Assembly: GCA_009782315.1 (NCBI GenBank)
Contig: WRJH01000003.1
Span: forward strand, 1-37,637
Direction: 5' to 3'
Length of the DNA stretch: 37,637 nucleotides
Source of the DNA: Alphaproteobacteria bacterium
Lineage (GTDB): Bacteria; Pseudomonadota; Alphaproteobacteria; Rs-D84
Shown: positions 36,419 to 37,637 of the stretch, one piece after another
How the letters are laid out: each line of letters begins with the position of its first letter
Numbering within the stretch: position 1 is the stretch's first letter
Made by a program: the position numbers and the translations under genes
The notes under the pieces: generated by a model
Told to the model about the DNA's origin: nothing
Seen by the model: the letters and a program-made list of their open reading frames with translations, nothing else
The model's database searches: none

Positions 36419-36962
36419 TCACCGCATAGTCTTTTATAAACAGGTGCAACGCGACCGGCAATGGTTCGCGACAGGCATTGCAAATTTTCTTTTTGCATTT
36501 ATTGCATTTTTTCATACCAGACAATGTTATTTCCACAGTTTGGGGGACATTATCATCAGACGAACCGCACAGACCGGTTATGTTGTTCCAATGATTGTAC
36601 CTGTAATCGACATGTATATAGAATGTTTTCTTCAATACATCGGACACTTTGATATCCAATTCGCCATCTATATCCATGGTCCCTATCCTCCAATTTACAT
36701 CTGACCCTTGGGGTTCTAAATTCCCTTGGTTTATAATATAATTGCCGTCGCGGAATATTTCGCCCAAAATAGAAGTGATTCTAGTTTCAATGTTTTCCTG
36801 TGAAAAATTATATGGGGTTTCTGTTACAATCTTATTTTTCGGAAAGTTGACTTTCAGCAATCCATTGTCCATTTTATAGTCCTTATGCTTACGCCCCCTA
36901 CCGAAATTTGGAAATTTCTGCGCATCTCTCTCTTGCGCGGTTGTACCGGGATAATAATCCAA
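36408..36962 (-). CDS. Hypothetical AT-rich protein with C-terminal Cys cluster
   Basis: 184-aa ORF, TTG start uncertain, CNKCKKKICNAC. Confidence 0.55.
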   Translation of the reverse strand: MDYYPGTTAQERDAQKFPNFGRGRKHKDYKMDNGLLKVNFPKNKIVTETPYNFSQENIETRITSILGEIFRDGNYIINQGNLEPQGSDVNWRIGTMDIDGELDIKVSDVLKKTFYIHVDYRYNHWNNITGLCGSSDDNVPQTVEITLSGMKKCNKCKKKICNACREPLPVALHLFIKDYAVNGK

Positions 36963-36980
36963 AATCCGGCAAATGCAAAT

Positions 36981-37007
36981 AAAAAAGTCCCCATGTAAAC
37001 ACGGGGA
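36981..37007 (-). terminator. Probable rRNA operon terminator
   Basis: Minus strand TCCCCGTG-TTTA-CATGGGGA followed by CTTTTTT. Confidence 0.7.
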
Positions 37008-37078
37008 TGGAAATATATTGCGGTCTTTATGTCTGCCTCGGCTGCGCTTTGCGCAAACGGGTCAAAAACAGATTTTGT

Positions 37079-37192
37079 ACTGGCGACGACCTACTCTTCC
37101 GTGGCTTAAGCCAAAGTACCATTGGCGATACGGGGTTTCCCTGTCTGGTTCGAGATGGAACAGAGGGTGTCTCCCGCTCAATAATCACCAGA
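37079..37192 (-). rRNA. rrf: 5S rRNA
   Basis: Minus strand CTGGTG...CCATCTCGAAC...GCCAATGGTACT...GAGTAGGTCGTCGCCAG; flanked by processing stem CAGATTTTGT/ACAAAATCTG. Confidence 0.93.
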
Positions 37193-37308
37193 ACAAAATC
37201 TGCCGAGCATCGTAACAATCCAAAAAAGAATCTTTACTTTCAACATACTCTTCAAGCATTCGTTTGATTTGTAGAGCACCGATGGCGCTCAACAAATCAA
37301 ACAAAGAT

Positions 37309-37637
37309 AAAAAGTCTATCATCCGATTAGTACGGCTGAGCTGAACCCCTCGCAGGGCTTGCACTTGCCGCCTATCAACGTTGTAGTCTACAACAGGATT
37401 GGTGGGGATATCTTATCTTGCGACCAGCTTCCCGCTTAGATGCATTCAGCGGTTATCTGTTCCGAATTTAGCTAACCTGCGCTGCCGCGGGCGCGACAAC
37501 AGGTACACCAGGGATTCGTTCGACCCGGTCCTCTCGTACTAAGGTCAAGTTCGCTCAAATATCCAACGCCCACAGTAGATAGGGACCTAACTGTCTCACG
37601 ACGTTATTAACCCAACTCACGTACCGCTTTAAATGGC
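37309..37637 (-). rRNA. rrl: 23S rRNA, 3' end (partial)
   Basis: Sarcin-ricin loop AGTACGAGAGGACC, CGTGAGACAG, GCATCTAAGCGGGAA on minus strand. Confidence 0.98.

Noticed and set aside
37262-37302. Hairpin in the 23S-5S spacer as a novel ncRNA
   Set aside because: Ordinary rRNA spacer or processing structure is a sufficient explanation

Overview
Housekeeping region of an alphaproteobacterial chromosome; the lineage is inferred from protein style, and the Cys-rich secreted paralogs suggest an uncultured gut lineage. Genes: lspA, tig, a D-Ala-D-Ala carboxypeptidase, recR, rsmA, a Kef-type antiporter, rpsO, truB, mutS, xseB, mreB, a MerR regulator, gyrA, rpmH, acyl-ACP thioesterase, valS, comF, dnaQ, uvrD, two large Cys-rich exported paralogs, mliC, rpmA, rplU, PBP1A, an arginase-family enzyme, 5S rRNA and the 3' end of 23S rRNA. 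The main signal is not the gene list. I count about 34 short heptamer tandem arrays (mostly 4-5 units, about 12 unit types). Twenty of them form 10 inverted pairs. They overlap stop codons, sit next to start codons, insert in frame into core proteins and supply the hydrophobic cores of signal peptides. Three further palindromic repeat families also insert in frame, and truB alone carries six repeat-derived segments. Two sequence-divergent structured leaders share one pairing architecture. No transposase, reverse transcriptase or CRISPR array is visible. All counts and coordinates were made by eye.
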